From: Podarcis cretensis
Lineage: Eukaryota
Direction: 5' to 3'
NCBI GenBank assembly: GCA_951804945.1
Contig: OX638160.1
Coordinates: 23,560,001 to 23,624,000 of the forward strand
DNA length: 64,000 bases
The notes below the pieces were generated by a model. The model had not been told where the DNA came from. It made no database searches and saw nothing but the letters and a program-made list of their open reading frames with translations. Both the position numbers and the translations under genes were made by a program. Shown in pieces: positions 14,030 through 27,346 of the stretch. How positions within the stretch are numbered: the first letter of the stretch is position 1; each line of letters begins with the position of its first letter.

Positions 14030-14125
14030 TTTTTTCTCTTTCTCATGGTGCTTATCCTGAGAGTGAGAGGAAGAATCACTTAAACTTTGATCATATGACC
14101 TATTAGATGCCCGTTTGCTCTTTTT
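14030..14125 (-). CDS. MLLT10: MLLT10 coding exon 7 (Lys/Ser-rich region after PZP); gene continues beyond the window start
   Basis: KKSKRASNRSYDQSLSDSSSHSQDKHHEKEKK; acceptor ctctttttag|, donor AAA|GTAAGT; 96 nt, phase 0. I did not find the next expected exon (KYKEKDK...) in 1-14029. Confidence 0.95.
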
Positions 14126-15214
14126 CTAAAAAGAGAAAATATATATACATATATATATATATTCATGAAATTAATATACGTAAAAGCCATCTACACCATG
14201 TCTGACAAGCACCTTATCAATCAAAACACAAATTCCTAACTCCAGAGCTAACCAAAACACTCATAATCTAAACAAAGCTGTTCTGAGGAGTATGAAAAGA
14301 CAAGAATACAAAGCCTGCTATCTTCACTGCCACTATTTGTAAAGGTACCTTTAATAAAGTCGGTATCATAAGATTAAAAGCATTATTTTGCTGAATTTGC
14401 ATATATTAAGACATGCTTATGTGAGGCATGAATAAACAGCACCTTAAATAAACAGCACCTATTAGTAGTTCCTAGCCTAAAGAATTAGCAACTTCTATTC
14501 ATTTGCTCATTGAAGCTGACAGTTAAACAGCTAAAGAGCAGCTGCTTCAGAATCAACCTATTTCAGAATCAACAGTATTTCTAGGTAATCATACCTTTAA
14601 AAAAGTAGCAATATTTAAAGAGTCAATCCAAGTATTAAAACATTTCCCAAGAAGCAGAATTTATATTAGACTGGTATTTTTTTTATTATCTATGCAGTAG
14701 TTATTTGCATAGTGCTTAAAAATAACAAATAAATGCTTCAAGAACTGTAGCCTCAATAATCCTCAATATAATTCTGGCAAATTACTTACTTGGTACTTTT
14801 ATAGTGCTGAAGAAAGTAATGCACAATTCAATTTTTTCTATGCATTGAAAACCAGAAAATGCAAGTTTGAGTACACTGCAGAATTCTGCAACCATTCAAC
14901 TAATGCTCTCTTTCTTACTTGGGTAACACATTTTTCCGTGGACTTTCTGCCGTGCATGAATTTTATTGTTTCAAGGTATCATGTCACTGACTGGAGAAAA
15001 GTGGGGATTTATAAAATACTGCAGAACAACAGGTGTTTAAATATATGAACTGAGAATTCATGGGGAAAGCTGTGTCTTTCATTATTAGAAGCCCAGCCAC
15101 TTAAAAAGCCCCATCCTGTACTTTTTCAGGCATCATTCCATAACAAGGAAAGCCACAGAAATTTGAAAAATTGTAATGATTCTATGGCGACTACTGATCT
15201 ATACAGAGGTTATG

Positions 15215-15943
15215 AGAGCTACAAGTGCAAAGATGTCTGAGGCAGATAGTGCTGCTAAGAGATGAAGTTTTACACCTAATAGATCAATTGGTCCGGATGG
15301 CGTTCACTTGCGAGTTCTCAAAGAACTCAAATGTGAAATTGTTGATATTCTAACGAAAGTATATAACTTGTCCCTGAGAACTAGAAAGCAGCCAGTGTAC
15401 ACCAATTTCTAAAAAGGGAACTGGGAGAATCCTGGAAATTACAGGCCAAATAGCTTAACGTTTATCCCAAGAAAAATGGTGGAAAGAATTGTCAAAGACA
15501 AAATAATGAAGCATATAGAAAAACAAGCCTTGCTGAAGCAGAGCCAACATGGCTTCTGCAACAGCAAGTCCTGTCTTACTAACCTATTATGGGTCTTTGT
15601 GAGAGATAGGAAGCGTACAGATAATGTGTACATGGACTCTCAAAAAACTCTGGCTCCTGACCAAGCTTAACAGTCATGGAATAAAAGGAGAGGTCTTCTT
15701 GTGCATCAGGAATAAATGGCAGTTGTAGAAAGTGGAGGCCCCCTAGGATCAGTATTGGGACCTGTGCCTCTTTATTCGTTCACAAACAATTTAGAATTAG
15801 GAGTGAGCAGTGATGTGGCCATGTTTGCTGATAATACAAAATTGTTCATGGATATTAAAACAAACTGAGTGAATGGGCAGAAAAATGGCAATAGTAATTC
15901 AATGTAAACAAGTATAAAGTTTTGCATGTTGGTACAAAAGAAA

Positions 15944-15979
<36 letters not shown>

Positions 15980-16822
15980 TCCTGAGGTCTGAGCTGGCAG
16001 CAAGTGACCAGGAAAGAGACCTTGAAATTATAATGAATAGCTCAATTAAAATGTTGACCTGGTGGGCAACAGCTGTGAAAACTGCAAATTCCATACTAGG
16101 GATCATTAGGAAAGGAATGGAAAATAAAACTGCCAATATCATACTGCTGTTATACAAATCTATGGTATGACCACGTTTGGAATACTGTGTACAGTTCTGG
16201 TTGCTTCACTTCAAAAAGTGTATTCAAGAGTTAGAAAAGTTTCAGAAAACTGTGACCAAAAGGATCAAGAGGTTGGAAAAACTCCCCTATGAGGAAGTTG
16301 CAACATTTTGGACTTTTTAAATCATAGGAAAGGTGAGAAAGAGGTGACATGATAGAAATTTATAAAATTATGCATGGCATGGAGGAAATGGAAAAAAGGT
16401 TTTTCTCCCTTTTTCATAACACTAACACTAAACACATTATACTAAAACTTGTAGCCATCCAACACAAAAACTTGTAGCATTCCAATGAATGTTAGAAATT
16501 TTGGGACAGTTAAAAGAAAGTGCAATGCATAGTTAAACTATGGAACTTACTTCCACAGTAAGCAGATATGGCCACCAACTTGGATGGCTTTAAATGGGGA
16601 GTAGACAAATTAATGGACAATACAGCTATCAGTGGCTAGTAGGCATGATGACAATGGTCTGCCTCTACAGTCAGAGGCAGCCATGCTTCTGAATACCAGC
16701 TTCTGGAAGCGACAGCAGAGGAGAGTGCTCTTGTGTTCAGGTCCTGTTTGCAAGCAGCCCATAGGCATCTGGCTAGACTAGACGGGTCTCTGTCTTGATG
16801 CAACAGGGGTTTCCTTATATTC
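15215..16822 (+). mobile_element. CR1 LINE, 5'-truncated and decayed (RT region plus 3' UTR)
   Basis: Interrupted RT motifs: GPDG..RVLKELKCE, GNYRP.SLT.IP.KMVERI, SQHGFC..KSCLTNLL, GSVLGP.., FADNTKL, QERDL.II, ANSILGIIRKG..NK...IILLLYKSMV, LEYCVQFW, RGDMIE.YKI; many stops and frameshifts. Start is approximate. Confidence 0.9.
15948..15977. repeat. (AC)15 microsatellite inside CR1
   Basis: Read directly from the sequence. Confidence 0.95.
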
Positions 16823-16918
16823 TCAAAGAGAATAGGTAGTTGTACTTTCATGCCCCTGGATCTACATGACAGCTGCTCATGAGATATCATGTTTGCATAG
16901 GAGTCTATGTGCATAAAG

Positions 16919-17377
16919 TCATAGAATCATAGAGTTGGAATAGACCACAAGGGCCATTGAGGCCAACCCCCTGCCAAGCAGGAAACACCATCAGAGCACT
17001 CGTGACATATGGTTGTTAAGCCTCTGCTTAAAGACCTCCAAAGAAGGAGACTCCACCACACTCCTTGGCAGCAAATTCCACTGTCGAACAGCTCTTACTG
17101 TCAGGAAGTTCTTCCTAATGTTTAGGTGGAATCTTCTTTCTTGTAGTTTGGAACCGTGTCCGCTTCTCTGGAGGAGCAGAAAACAACCTTTCTCCCTCCT
17201 CTATATGACATCCTTTTATATATTTGAACATGGCTATCATATCACCCCTTAACCTCCTCTTCTCCAGGCTAAACATGCCCAGCTCCCTTAGCCGTTCCTC
17301 ATAAGGCATCGTTTCCAGGCCTTTGACCATTTTGGTTGCCCTCCTCTGGACACGTTCCAGTTTGTCAGTGTCCTTCA
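16919..17377 (-). mobile_element. CR1 LINE 3' fragment (younger family)
   Basis: ORF 17115-17330 ([40 protein letters not shown]) is the CR1 ORF2 C-terminus. The 3' (ATTCTATG)-type tail reads tcatagaatcatag on the + strand. Confidence 0.92.
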
Positions 17378-19644
17378 GTGTCTAACACAAGTCAGCCCTA
17401 TATACCACAAAACTGAAATTTACAAGTTGCACATTTTAGGTTGTGGCTGTGTACATCAATATGCAAACAAAACATCCAATATTTGACTGCTGAGTGGGCT
17501 GGGGTCAGAAAGGGTCCAATCCCCTTACTATACACAAAACATTTAAAAATGCACATATTACATCAGAAGCCATACTGTCAGCTCCACTGCATGATCTCAG
17601 ACATGCAGGTTTATAGAGTCTTGACTGTGCCATTAGTAAACTGTGAGATATTAACATCAGTACTCATTTTACATAGATAAACTTATTTTCTATCAATGCA
17701 AGTACAGTAGTCAAATGCAAACAACTGAATCAGTGGAGTTATTCCTGTTTATGATGTGGAATTTGAAACCTTAACTCCACTTTGATCAGAGATCCATATA
17801 AAATATTAAGGCTGTCAGGGAGGAGAAAAGAACAGAATAAAATCCTAATCCCTAGTACTAGTGTTCAAGTAAAGCCAAGTAGCCAAGGCAACTCCAGTTA
17901 TAGTTGTTTCTAGTATTTACTGATAGCAGAATAAACAGTCCTCCTGCTGATACTAGCGCTATAGGGAGGCAAGCAATTCTGAGCTGCCATTCCAATCCAG
18001 AAGACATGAAGATATCTATGAGCAAAACAATGAAATGCAAGCAAGATGACTAAATCCACATGGCAAAGCATGGAAAAATCCAGGAAAAGAAAGTGGGAAG
18101 TCAGGAGGGTTTACAGTAGCAGCAAGTGAAGATCAGAAGGGAAAGGAAAGGAAACTTTGGCAGAACTTAAGTGTGTCCTGGGAAGGGGAGGGACTGAGCA
18201 AGGATAAATATCAGGCATCCTACTGGGAGTCCATTGCCTGTAAGATCTGAGAAATACCAAATTCAGGTCTAACACTTTAATATGCTAGAGTGGGGAAAAC
18301 CTGTATACACAGCAGAATCCTCACTAGTCAGCTCTTAAGTATATATACCTTATGAATAAGTTAAATCAGATTCATTCCACATCTCTGGATCACATTCTGC
18401 ATTGACAACACTTGCTTATCTTGAATCCCAAAGGAATCAGAATCTAGCATTTAAATCATAGGTTGTAAAGCCCAACTTTTGGTGAACAACCTGCAGGTGC
18501 TCAGGAATATCTGTTTCAGGATCACTTACAGCTGTTATTCTATACCAGGGGTGGGGAAGCAGTGGTCTTCAGGCCAAATCAGCCCCAACATGGGACCAAA
18601 TTTGGCCCACAAGGCACTTTCCGCAAACCATGCCCACCTGCCCACACCTGATGTCAGCTGTCATGCAGGTAGAGATGTAGCAGCAATGGAACAATCTGGA
18701 GCCTTAATCTACACCCTCAGAGTACAGATAGAACAGAAACTGACAACAAGCACAGAAACTAATGGGAGCTGTTCAGAAATACTCAAATGTCACTTGAAAT
18801 CCTACATAGAAAAATAATTTTAGGAGAAGGACAAAATATATAAATTAGGAAGCTCAGAATTGGAAGAGAATATAGCTATATTTGCTGCATCAGAAACCTA
18901 GGAGAATATTGAAAAGTCAACAGCATGTGATTATCCTCACCTACAATTTTTAAAGCAATGGCATTAGTTAACTGAATAAATTAGAAAACTTAGAACATAA
19001 AGTTTATCCCCAAAATCCAAGTAAAAATAATAACATATGGCTATTGCTCTAATAGTGACTGACAGTATAAATCCTATGCATGTCAGTTCAGAAGCAAGTC
19101 TCACTGAATTCAGTTAGACTTACTCCCATTTAGGCTTGTAAAATAGGCTAAATTACAAAAAGGTTGTCAGGGATGCAGCTAAGGTTGGAAATATTATAAC
19201 AGGAAACTCCATGAAATTTCTCAGGGGGTGGGGGAATCGTATCACAATAGGCACAAGTTTTCTAGAGACAATAAATGACTCCAGATGGGATGGTCAATCA
19301 TGGAACTCACCAAAAAGAAAATTTATGTATTTAATCCCAAAAGGTGAATAGGATCTGGCAGAAGATGCAAACAATGAACACAATACAATCATGCTTAAAT
19401 ATAGTGAATATGAAAAAATGACCAGAAATTCCCTCAGTCATATTAAACTGTAAAATGGGGAATTAATATTAATATTATGATGATTATTAGGTAAAAGTAA
19501 GCTAAAACATACATAGTTGGGAGAGCCAAATCACTTCAAGAAGCTTGGAAATTATTTTAAACTTCTTTAATAATAGCTACAACAGGTGAAAAAAGGCACC
19601 AATAAATCTGAAAAGATGCAAGGGTAGTTAAATAGCAGTATCAA

Positions 19645-19985
19645 GAAAAGGGGTCCTTTGCACCAGTAGCCCCCCACTTGTTGAATTCAGTTTCTAGAGA
19701 GGTCTGCCTCACACCTCCCCTGGTAGGTTTTTCCTCCCCACCTGAAAAGCCTTCTAATTTTCCCAGGCCTTTGAACATTGTATTTTGAATATTATTTAAT
19801 TCAGTGAACTTTTATTCCACTGTTTTAAATTGTGAATTTATTTATTTGCTCTCTGTTTCAATTGACTGTTCTGATTTTATTGCTGTGTTTTTATTGTACT
19901 TTTATTGTAACATGTATTTTTATGTTCAAAGCAGCGCAGATAGTTTTTGTTTTAGGGTGGCACATAAACAATGCAAATAATAAAG
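19645..19985 (+). mobile_element. L2 LINE 3' end, old
   Basis: Decayed L2-like 3' coding end (ttttcccaggcctttg), T-rich UTR, gggtggcacataaac followed by an aaataataaa tail. Confidence 0.55.
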
Positions 19986-20605
19986 AATGCTATAAAAGTC
20001 AAGAATTTTTCTTTAAAAAATTGCAGGGCTTGCCTGAATTGAAACATAGTGAGAGACACAAGAAAAAGTGCTCTGACAAACCAAATGTACATCAAACAAG
20101 CCAGAAAAAAAGAATTGCTATTTTTAAAATTATTAGTTTAAATAAGAGCAAGAGAATCAGGAAGCCAGCAAGTTGCTATTATTATGTTAGCTAAAAAGGA
20201 ACCTTACTATCTATGGGGAACAGAGATCAGTGCATGGCTATTACCATCATGTTCTGAGTTGGGGCTTCCCAGAGATATCTGGGATGGTGGGGGGCACTGC
20301 TGCAAGAACGACGGACTGGATGACTGTCTGATTTAGTTAGGAAGCTTTTTCTTTATAAGGCAAAGTACACATCTAGTATTAAAATGTGGGTGCTCCTCAG
20401 GCTATTCCCATAACAAAGATTAAACTCACTATGAAATAAAACTGGAAAGTCAAAATTGTCATTCACTAAATTTTTTTAAATGACCAGAAGATTACATTTT
20501 AGTCACTATTTAGTAAAAGCAACACCTTGTTAGTGGCCAATTGTTAAGTGTACATGTTATTAGTAAAATACAATATTTGAAACACTAAATTCAACAGATT
20601 CTTAC

Positions 20606-20699
20606 CAGCTTACTGAAATGGTATTTACAGTAGCCACAATACTGTACGTTATCTGCACCATTTCCTTCTTCTTCACAAAGAAGTCCTGCAAACTGTGCA
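20606..20699 (-). CDS. MLLT10: MLLT10 coding exon 6 (end of PHD2)
   Basis: (C)AQFAGLLCEEEGNGADNVQYCGYCKYHFSKL; long pyrimidine tract ending cttctcag|, donor CTG|GTAAGA; 94 nt. Confidence 0.97.
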
Positions 20700-21548
20700 C
20701 TGAGAAGAAGAAAAAGAGAGGAAGAAATCAGATACTGAAGATGGAAAATGTAACTTGCTCAACAAAATATTTAGGAGAGGAATCCCAAAGTTGTCAGGGG
20801 GAGCGATATTTGGTAGAGAGAACGCCACTTCCTAAGCTCTTCCAGCTTGGGCTGGTCAAGGTGGAAGTCAGGAGCTGGGAGGCAGAAGTTCCACTCCATT
20901 CCTTTCAGCCTTCTAATTTTTTCCCCTCCCATTGACACTCATGGGAAGGGAAGTAATGAAAGGGGAAATAGTTTTTCACTCTTTCTGTTCACATGTCTGG
21001 ACAACAATGGGGTCTGGGATCAAGTGGATGCAATGCCTTCCCCAATATGTCCCAGAAGGCCCTGTTTCTCTACTATCCTCAGAACACTGCTGGTAGTAGA
21101 ATGACAGCAACAGAACTTATGCCACCATACTAGGGAGGCCTGTGCCCACAGACCTCCCTCTCCACAGCATCCTACAACCTCTCAGCCTCCCTCCAGGGAC
21201 ACACAGAACTGCTCCCTAAAACAGGTTCTTATTTAGACAAAAGATAATCTTTCAGCCGAGTGTGTAAACATGCACTTGAAAATCTAATCAGAAAAATGTC
21301 TTAAGGTTACTGCTTATTGTGAGTAGGGAGGACATCAAGCCTTTTTTCTGCACTACCGCAGCACAAATTGTACAATGAATTATAGAAATAATGGTTAAGT
21401 GAAATGTACTTACTACAACCATGCTATAACAAGTGATTATTTTAAATGGAATCATTCCACTATGGAGCCACATCTACCAGGGCAATAAAACAATATAACT
21501 TGGAGAGAGGAAACCAGGAATGCACGCAAGTGGGAATTGCTTACTTAC

Positions 21549-21652
21549 CATGTTACATGGAAAGCTTGGCGGCATCCATGCTTGTTACAAGTCATGCAAG
21601 CGCCAGTGGCTGCTTTACTTTCTCTGCCTTGCTCATCACATATATAACATGT
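21549..21652 (-). CDS. MLLT10: MLLT10 coding exon 5 (PHD2)
   Basis: TCYICDEQGRESKAATGACMTCNKHGCRQAFHVT(C); acceptor ccccaatag|, donor ATG|GTAAGT; 104 nt. Confidence 0.97.
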
Positions 21653-21892
21653 CTATTGGGGAAAATAAGACAGTTGTAAGAACACTATTACCTTTAAATG
21701 GACTCAAACTCAGCAGCAAAAGTAAGAGTAATACTCCTTTGTGCAACTACAGCAAATACAAAGCAAAGGCAAGACTGAACAGTGCTTCGGTTCTCAGACC
21801 TGCTAACTGGAGTCACACTCCAATATTCCAGAACGACTGTATGTTATGCAGAATGCTTTGTGTGATTAGCTGTTCCCGATGCTACCAAGATG

Positions 21893-22063
21893 CAGAGCTG
21901 TAGCTACGGGGGGGGGGGGGCTAACCAGGTTCTTTGCCCCAGGTGAAGCCTCCAGAGGGAGGCCATTGAGGCTCCTAGTCTCTCTCTGTGTACACAAATG
22001 CGCATAGGAGGGCATCAAACTAATTTTCTGACCAGGGTGACATAAAGCCTAGTTTAGTCCCTG
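21893..22063. mobile_element. Degenerate hAT-like MITE
   Basis: Ends cagagctgtagcta / tagtttagtccctg resemble CAGGG..CCCTG hAT termini; TSD not clean. Confidence 0.45.
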
Positions 22064-22087
22064 CATTATGTATAGCATTGATAAATA

Positions 22088-22388
22088 CAGGGCTGGCCCA
22101 AGACATTTTGCCTACTCCCCTGATGCCTGCCCCCTGCAGATCTGGTGCCCTACCCCCTCCCTCCCTCTGCTGTCACTGCTGCCCAACCCATCACCACAAC
22201 TGTGGCTGCACTGCCACCACAAGACCACAGCAATGGCGAGGACACAGTGGCAAGGGGAACTGCACTGGATCCATAGCATGGAAAGTGCTGGCAGCAGTAC
22301 AACAGTGGGGGCGAGGAGGGGGAGGGAAGAGAATCAGATCCACCCGAGGCAAATGGCTTCGCTTTGCCTCATGCACAGACCACCCTTG
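22088..22388. mobile_element. Degenerate hAT-like MITE
   Basis: Starts cagggctggcccaagacattttgc and ends tgcctcatg..gaccacccttg; flanks gataaata / ggtgaatg match partly. Confidence 0.5.
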
Positions 22389-23351
22389 GGTGAATGCAAC
22401 CTACTTCTTTATCATATGGTATGTCTTCACATTAATACACTACCCTGGAGGTTGGTTCTGGCAAATAAAGCTCCTTGGCTATGAAGACTCAGAATGAGTT
22501 TACTGAGGCTTCATATCATGTTAATGGCAAGGAAAGGCATTATGGGAAAGTGTTCCTGCATAGTAATCAATGACTGACATTAGGCCTCAGATGCAGTAAA
22601 TAACATTACTGTACTAAGAAACCTAGAATAACTTTGCTACATGATAAGTGCCCTATAATTTACATTTCTTCAGATCATTGTATCATTAAGATTTTCTGAT
22701 TATTTTAATTAAATTCGCTGTAGCAATGTGGAAGACCTCCAGTGGGGCCAGCAGCATACAACACACATACCCAGATGCACAAGCACAAAGGAGTTCTATT
22801 TAAAATATGCAAAGCTAACATTTTAATATTTTTCAATAAAACCTGTTGCTTTTGCAGGTCTAACAAAATACTTCTAAGACAACATTCTTGTGAAGTAAGA
22901 TTATCTCAGTTTTCCTTGGGCTGCTGGCATTAACTGTTTTGTATCAATGGCTACCCTGCAGAATTGAAACCCAGAAAAGCATATCAGCAATCACAAAGCT
23001 ATAATGGGGGCTGTTTCAAGGCTGCCAGAGGATTTCATAAAAATGCACACTTCTAGGCAGATTCAGTAATTCCTTTACCAGCATGGAGATTCACAATAAA
23101 CCTAATTTTCAAACAAGATTTCTAATATTCACAGAAAATTGTTATATTCTTAAAATAATCTCAGTCTCACAGGATGCATAGCTGGGCATTCCTAGTACTT
23201 ATTAAATACAGTACAATTCTAATTCAAAGAAATATTTTAACTCTTGCAATACCTCTAGCTCTTCAGCTGAAAACTCAACAAGCTTCATGTTTGGGGACAG
23301 CAAGGGTTGTCTGCTGAAAGGAGTTGGTGTCTTACTTGTGGTACTCCTGTA

Positions 23352-23602
23352 CAATCGTACCTTGGTTCTCAAATTTAATCCGTTCTGTGAGTCCGTTCAA
23401 CTCCCAAAACAGTTCAAAAACCAAGGCACCGCTTCCGATTGGCTGCAGGAGCTTCCTGTAGCCAATCGGAAGCTCCGGAAGCCACACTGGACATTCAGCT
23501 TCCCAAAAATGTATGCAAACCGGAACACTCACTTCCAGGTTTGCGACGACCAGGAGCCAATTTGTTCGACAACTAAGGCATTCGACTACCAAGGTACAAC
23601 TG
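23352..23602. mobile_element. Tc1/mariner (Tigger-like) MITE, older
   Basis: Imperfect TIRs caatcgtaccttgg / ccaaggtacaactg with TA/CA flanks. Internal palindrome gcttccgattggctgcagg..cctgtagccaatcggaagc. Shares the subterminal taatccgttc.g.gagtc with the 2538 element. Confidence 0.8.
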
Positions 23603-24855
23603 CATTGACCGTAGGGTGAAACTTTCAAAGGCTGCTTACAAATGTATTAATAGACTCTTAGAAAGCATTGTTCAAATACTGGTGCCCTTAGCAACATACA
23701 ATCTCATTTAATCATCTCATTACAATTTCATGACATGAAATGTTTAATGTAACCAGTCACTTTCCACAAGATAATGAACTTTGATACTGGCTTATTACAG
23801 TCTATCAAGTTCTCTCAAAAACATTTGGAACTCTTATTCTAACCCATAACCAACTATTATTTGCTCCCTCTAATGACAGACTCCTGTTCTACCTTACATC
23901 ATATAATGCTCATATACTCATCTCTATCTTATTAGTAAACACAAATCCATCTAACAACTTTTTTCATGTAAGAGTCTGTATTCTACTCGACAAGTTTACT
24001 ACAGAAATCTCATGAAGATATTTGCTCATATGTATCTGACATTCATCTTTGTTTTAGATGTGAAAGAGGGCACACAAGTCCCATCAGGTTTCTACTCTAC
24101 AGATCCAGTGTTGAGCAGCCTACTGTTTTCAGCAATGATTAAGTAGTCACCAATAAATGCCCACTAGCAAAGCCTGAAGCTGCACCAAAAACAAAAACAG
24201 GACTCCAAGGGTCCCTTCACACATTATCCAAGTTAGTAATATATACCTGTTAACTACAGAAATGTCATATATCCATTTTGTAACCATACGTATATGACAT
24301 AGGTATGGTTACAAAATGAATGTGTGACATATCTGTAAATCTGCTATAGAGCATACACATGGACAAAAAGTGAGTCTCTCACACATTAAGGGGAACACCA
24401 CAGTTGCATATAAGCACCACAGTTGCTTATATATAAGCATATCCTTTCCAGATTTACATACAATATGAATCAGTCTTATAAAATGCCCATTAAAATATAC
24501 ATATTAATGGATCTACTCTGAGTAGGCCTTAGACAACTGTTTTTCAAATATCAGTTCACACTGCAAAATGGTTTTCTACAAATATGATAAAATAATGTGT
24601 CTCTATGATCTCTTGATCAACTGCATCAACCCAGTCCAGAGATGTGTAGTAGACTAAACATGCCTGACTGGATCTTATTGATCACATGTTCAGCTTTTAC
24701 AACATCAAGTTCCAGTGCCAATTACCTGAGCATTACAACCACACACAGAGCAACTAATTCTTCTTCTATTGAAGAATCACTGTCACTGGATTAGGGTGAA
24801 CATGTTATAAAACACCAGCTACATGTTGAGCAAATTGTGAGGAGCAAGGACTTTA

Positions 24856-24880
24856 AAACAACAACAACAACAACAACAAC
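24856..24880. repeat. (AAC)n microsatellite
   Basis: Read directly from the sequence (slightly imperfect). Confidence 0.85.
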
Positions 24881-25643
24881 GAGGTTTTAATGTATTTCAT
24901 GACTAAAACACACTTACAGAAAAGAAATGATGAGCCAACAGAATGTACCACAATATTTTTTTATGAATGAGAATGAAAAAAATGTAATGAAATGTAGTCA
25001 CTGACAGCATAACAAAAACCAAAAAAATAAATGGTGGTGAATTGTTGAGAAACCACAGAAACAAAACTATGTCTAGAAAAGATAGTAAAAGTCTGAAAAT
25101 GCAAGTTAACTTGCACTAACTCAACTAAACTGGCTTTTCTAACAAACTCTTGATATCGAACTAATTTTGAAACCCCTTTCAGTTTCAAAATGTTTTTCCA
25201 TACAACCTGTAGTTCTGCCGTTCAAGAAATATAAAGCTGAATTGCATCCCCAATGCCCAGTTTATGAAACTAGTATCATAAACTAGTTCTTTAAACTGGC
25301 CTATGTGGGATGACATTTTCTGTAGCCTTAACTGTAGCTTTGTAATACTGTGCTTGACATCTGACAAAGTTAAAAAGAACTATAAGTTAAGTTAAAAAAT
25401 AAAATTAAGACAAAACAGCAGATCGTGAATGGTGACAGAGGGAACAGGACTCAGATTTCTGGAAGTCCTTCCCATGCTGTGCATCTAACAATGTCCCTAC
25501 TGCCTCCATCTGTCCCTAACCCCATACATTGGTCCCCCAATTGAAAATGGGAGGCTGGATAAAGAGTTAAAGATAGAGTGCATACAGATGACTATGGCAC
25601 ATCTTCCATGAACACTGTATTAATCCCCAGCTAACGTTCAAGA

Positions 25644-26002
25644 CGCAGGTGGCGCTGTGGGTTAAAGCCTCAGCGCCTAGGACTTGCCGATCGAAAGGTC
25701 GGCAGTTCGAATCCCTGCGGCGGGGTGCGCTCCCGCTGCTCGGTCCCAGCGCCTGCCAACCTAGCAGTTCGAAAGCACCTCCGGGTGCAAGTAGATAAAT
25801 AGGGACCGCTTACCGGCGGGAAGGTAAACGGCGTTTCCGTGTGCGGCTCTGGCTCGCCAGAGCAGCGATGTCACGCTGGCCACGTGACCCGGAAGTGTCT
25901 CCGGACAGCGCTGGCCCCTGGCCTCTTAAGTGAGATGGGCGCACAACCCCAGAGTCTGTCAAGACTGGCCCATACGGGCAGGGGTACCTTTACCTTTACC
26001 TT
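25644..26002 (+). mobile_element. Sauria SINE, distinct CpG-rich subfamily, full length
   Basis: A box, B box GTTCGAATCC, same core, (ACCTTT)3 tail; TSD taacgttcaaga at 25632-25643 and 26003-26014 (may overlap the element's first bases). Confidence 0.93.
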
Positions 26003-26256
26003 TAACGTTCAAGAAAATACATGGCAGGGATCATGCTGGCTTATTCTGCAACCCTTTGCCCCTGCTCCAAGATCTCAATGATATTGCATGCTGGGTATCA
26101 TATATATATCCGTTTTTAAGCCGTATGTAGGTTACCAAAACCTACTGCTTGACTGTAATAAAACCTCTAAGCGGTTTACACACAAGGACCAGAATCCCAT
26201 AATCAGTACACTCTGGTTTTGTCTACTGGGCGCTATGCATGTACAAATCCAATAAT

Positions 26257-26755
26257 ATAGGTGCCCCCCCACACACACTTACATATGATTGACTGCTGTG
26301 TAACCTCATATACACGCAGTACCAGAAAATAATTAAATAATTCAATTCACCTGGAAATGGCAAGAGAGTTGGAGCGTCCTCATGGCTAGCAAGGAGAACC
26401 TCCCAAGAGCATGAAAAGGACATCAGTGAGGGCGGAGGAAACCCTGAAGAGACCCTGAAGAGGCGTAGTGGGGCTTTGTTTACACTGCTCAGCCTCCCCA
26501 CCTAACAGCTGCATGTGCGGGGTAGCACAGCAGCAGCTGCTACTTTCATGAAAGTCCTCCAGCCTCCTGCCAGCCCCAGAACTTCAATTATAGCTGTAGA
26601 TATTTCTGGATACAGTAATTTTGGTATAGATTGAAGAGAGAGCTACAGAAAGGGCATTTAAAGGTTTTTTTAGAGGGTACTCCCTTCTTTAGCCAATTTC
26701 AATTATGTGTGCGGGGGACCAGAATGTAACCTCCGCATAAGTGGGGAGTCGCCTG
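26257..26755. mobile_element. Degenerate Tc1/mariner-like non-autonomous element
   Basis: Weak terminal similarity (taggtgcccccc vs ggggagtcgcctg) around a GC-richer interior; boundaries approximate. Confidence 0.4.
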
Positions 26756-27346
26756 CACTTAACTTGTGAGTCAGCATAATCTAAATCTCACAACACACGT
26801 TCCAACTGAATTTCTACACTGGTCTATTATGTGTAAAGAACATGAGTGGGTGGGGAGCTCCTGCTGATATTTCATTCACTTTCTCAATGGCAAAACAATG
26901 TTTAACTACAGATGCTTCCCTAAAGCAAGAGAACGAGAACTGTGAACATTGTGCTATAAGAAGAAAGGGAGAGAACAACAACAATAACGGTTGAAAAATT
27001 CAATTCTACTCTCAATTAGCTTTTAATAAGAACCGTATCAAGGAACTGATCAACAGTAATCTGCTGCTAAATATAGTGATTACTAATAAAACAGGAAATG
27101 TCATAAACCTATTTGATCAGTTGGTGATGAAAAACATTAGATATCTAAGTAGATATTACCTCATGCTATAAACTTCAGTAAGACGTAAATAATTTTACTC
27201 ATTTTCTTTCATACAAAATGTTCTTTAAAGAAATACAAGCCCTTCAAAGCAAAATATGCTTGGTTTTTTTAATGAGATGTGAAATATATAGCATATTTTT
27301 CAAATACGAAATTATATCAAGAAAATAAGTCATAGTAGAATTATAC

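Noticed and set aside
24395-24440. Tandem caccacagttgc duplication
   Set aside because: Ordinary short slippage duplication with no further structure.
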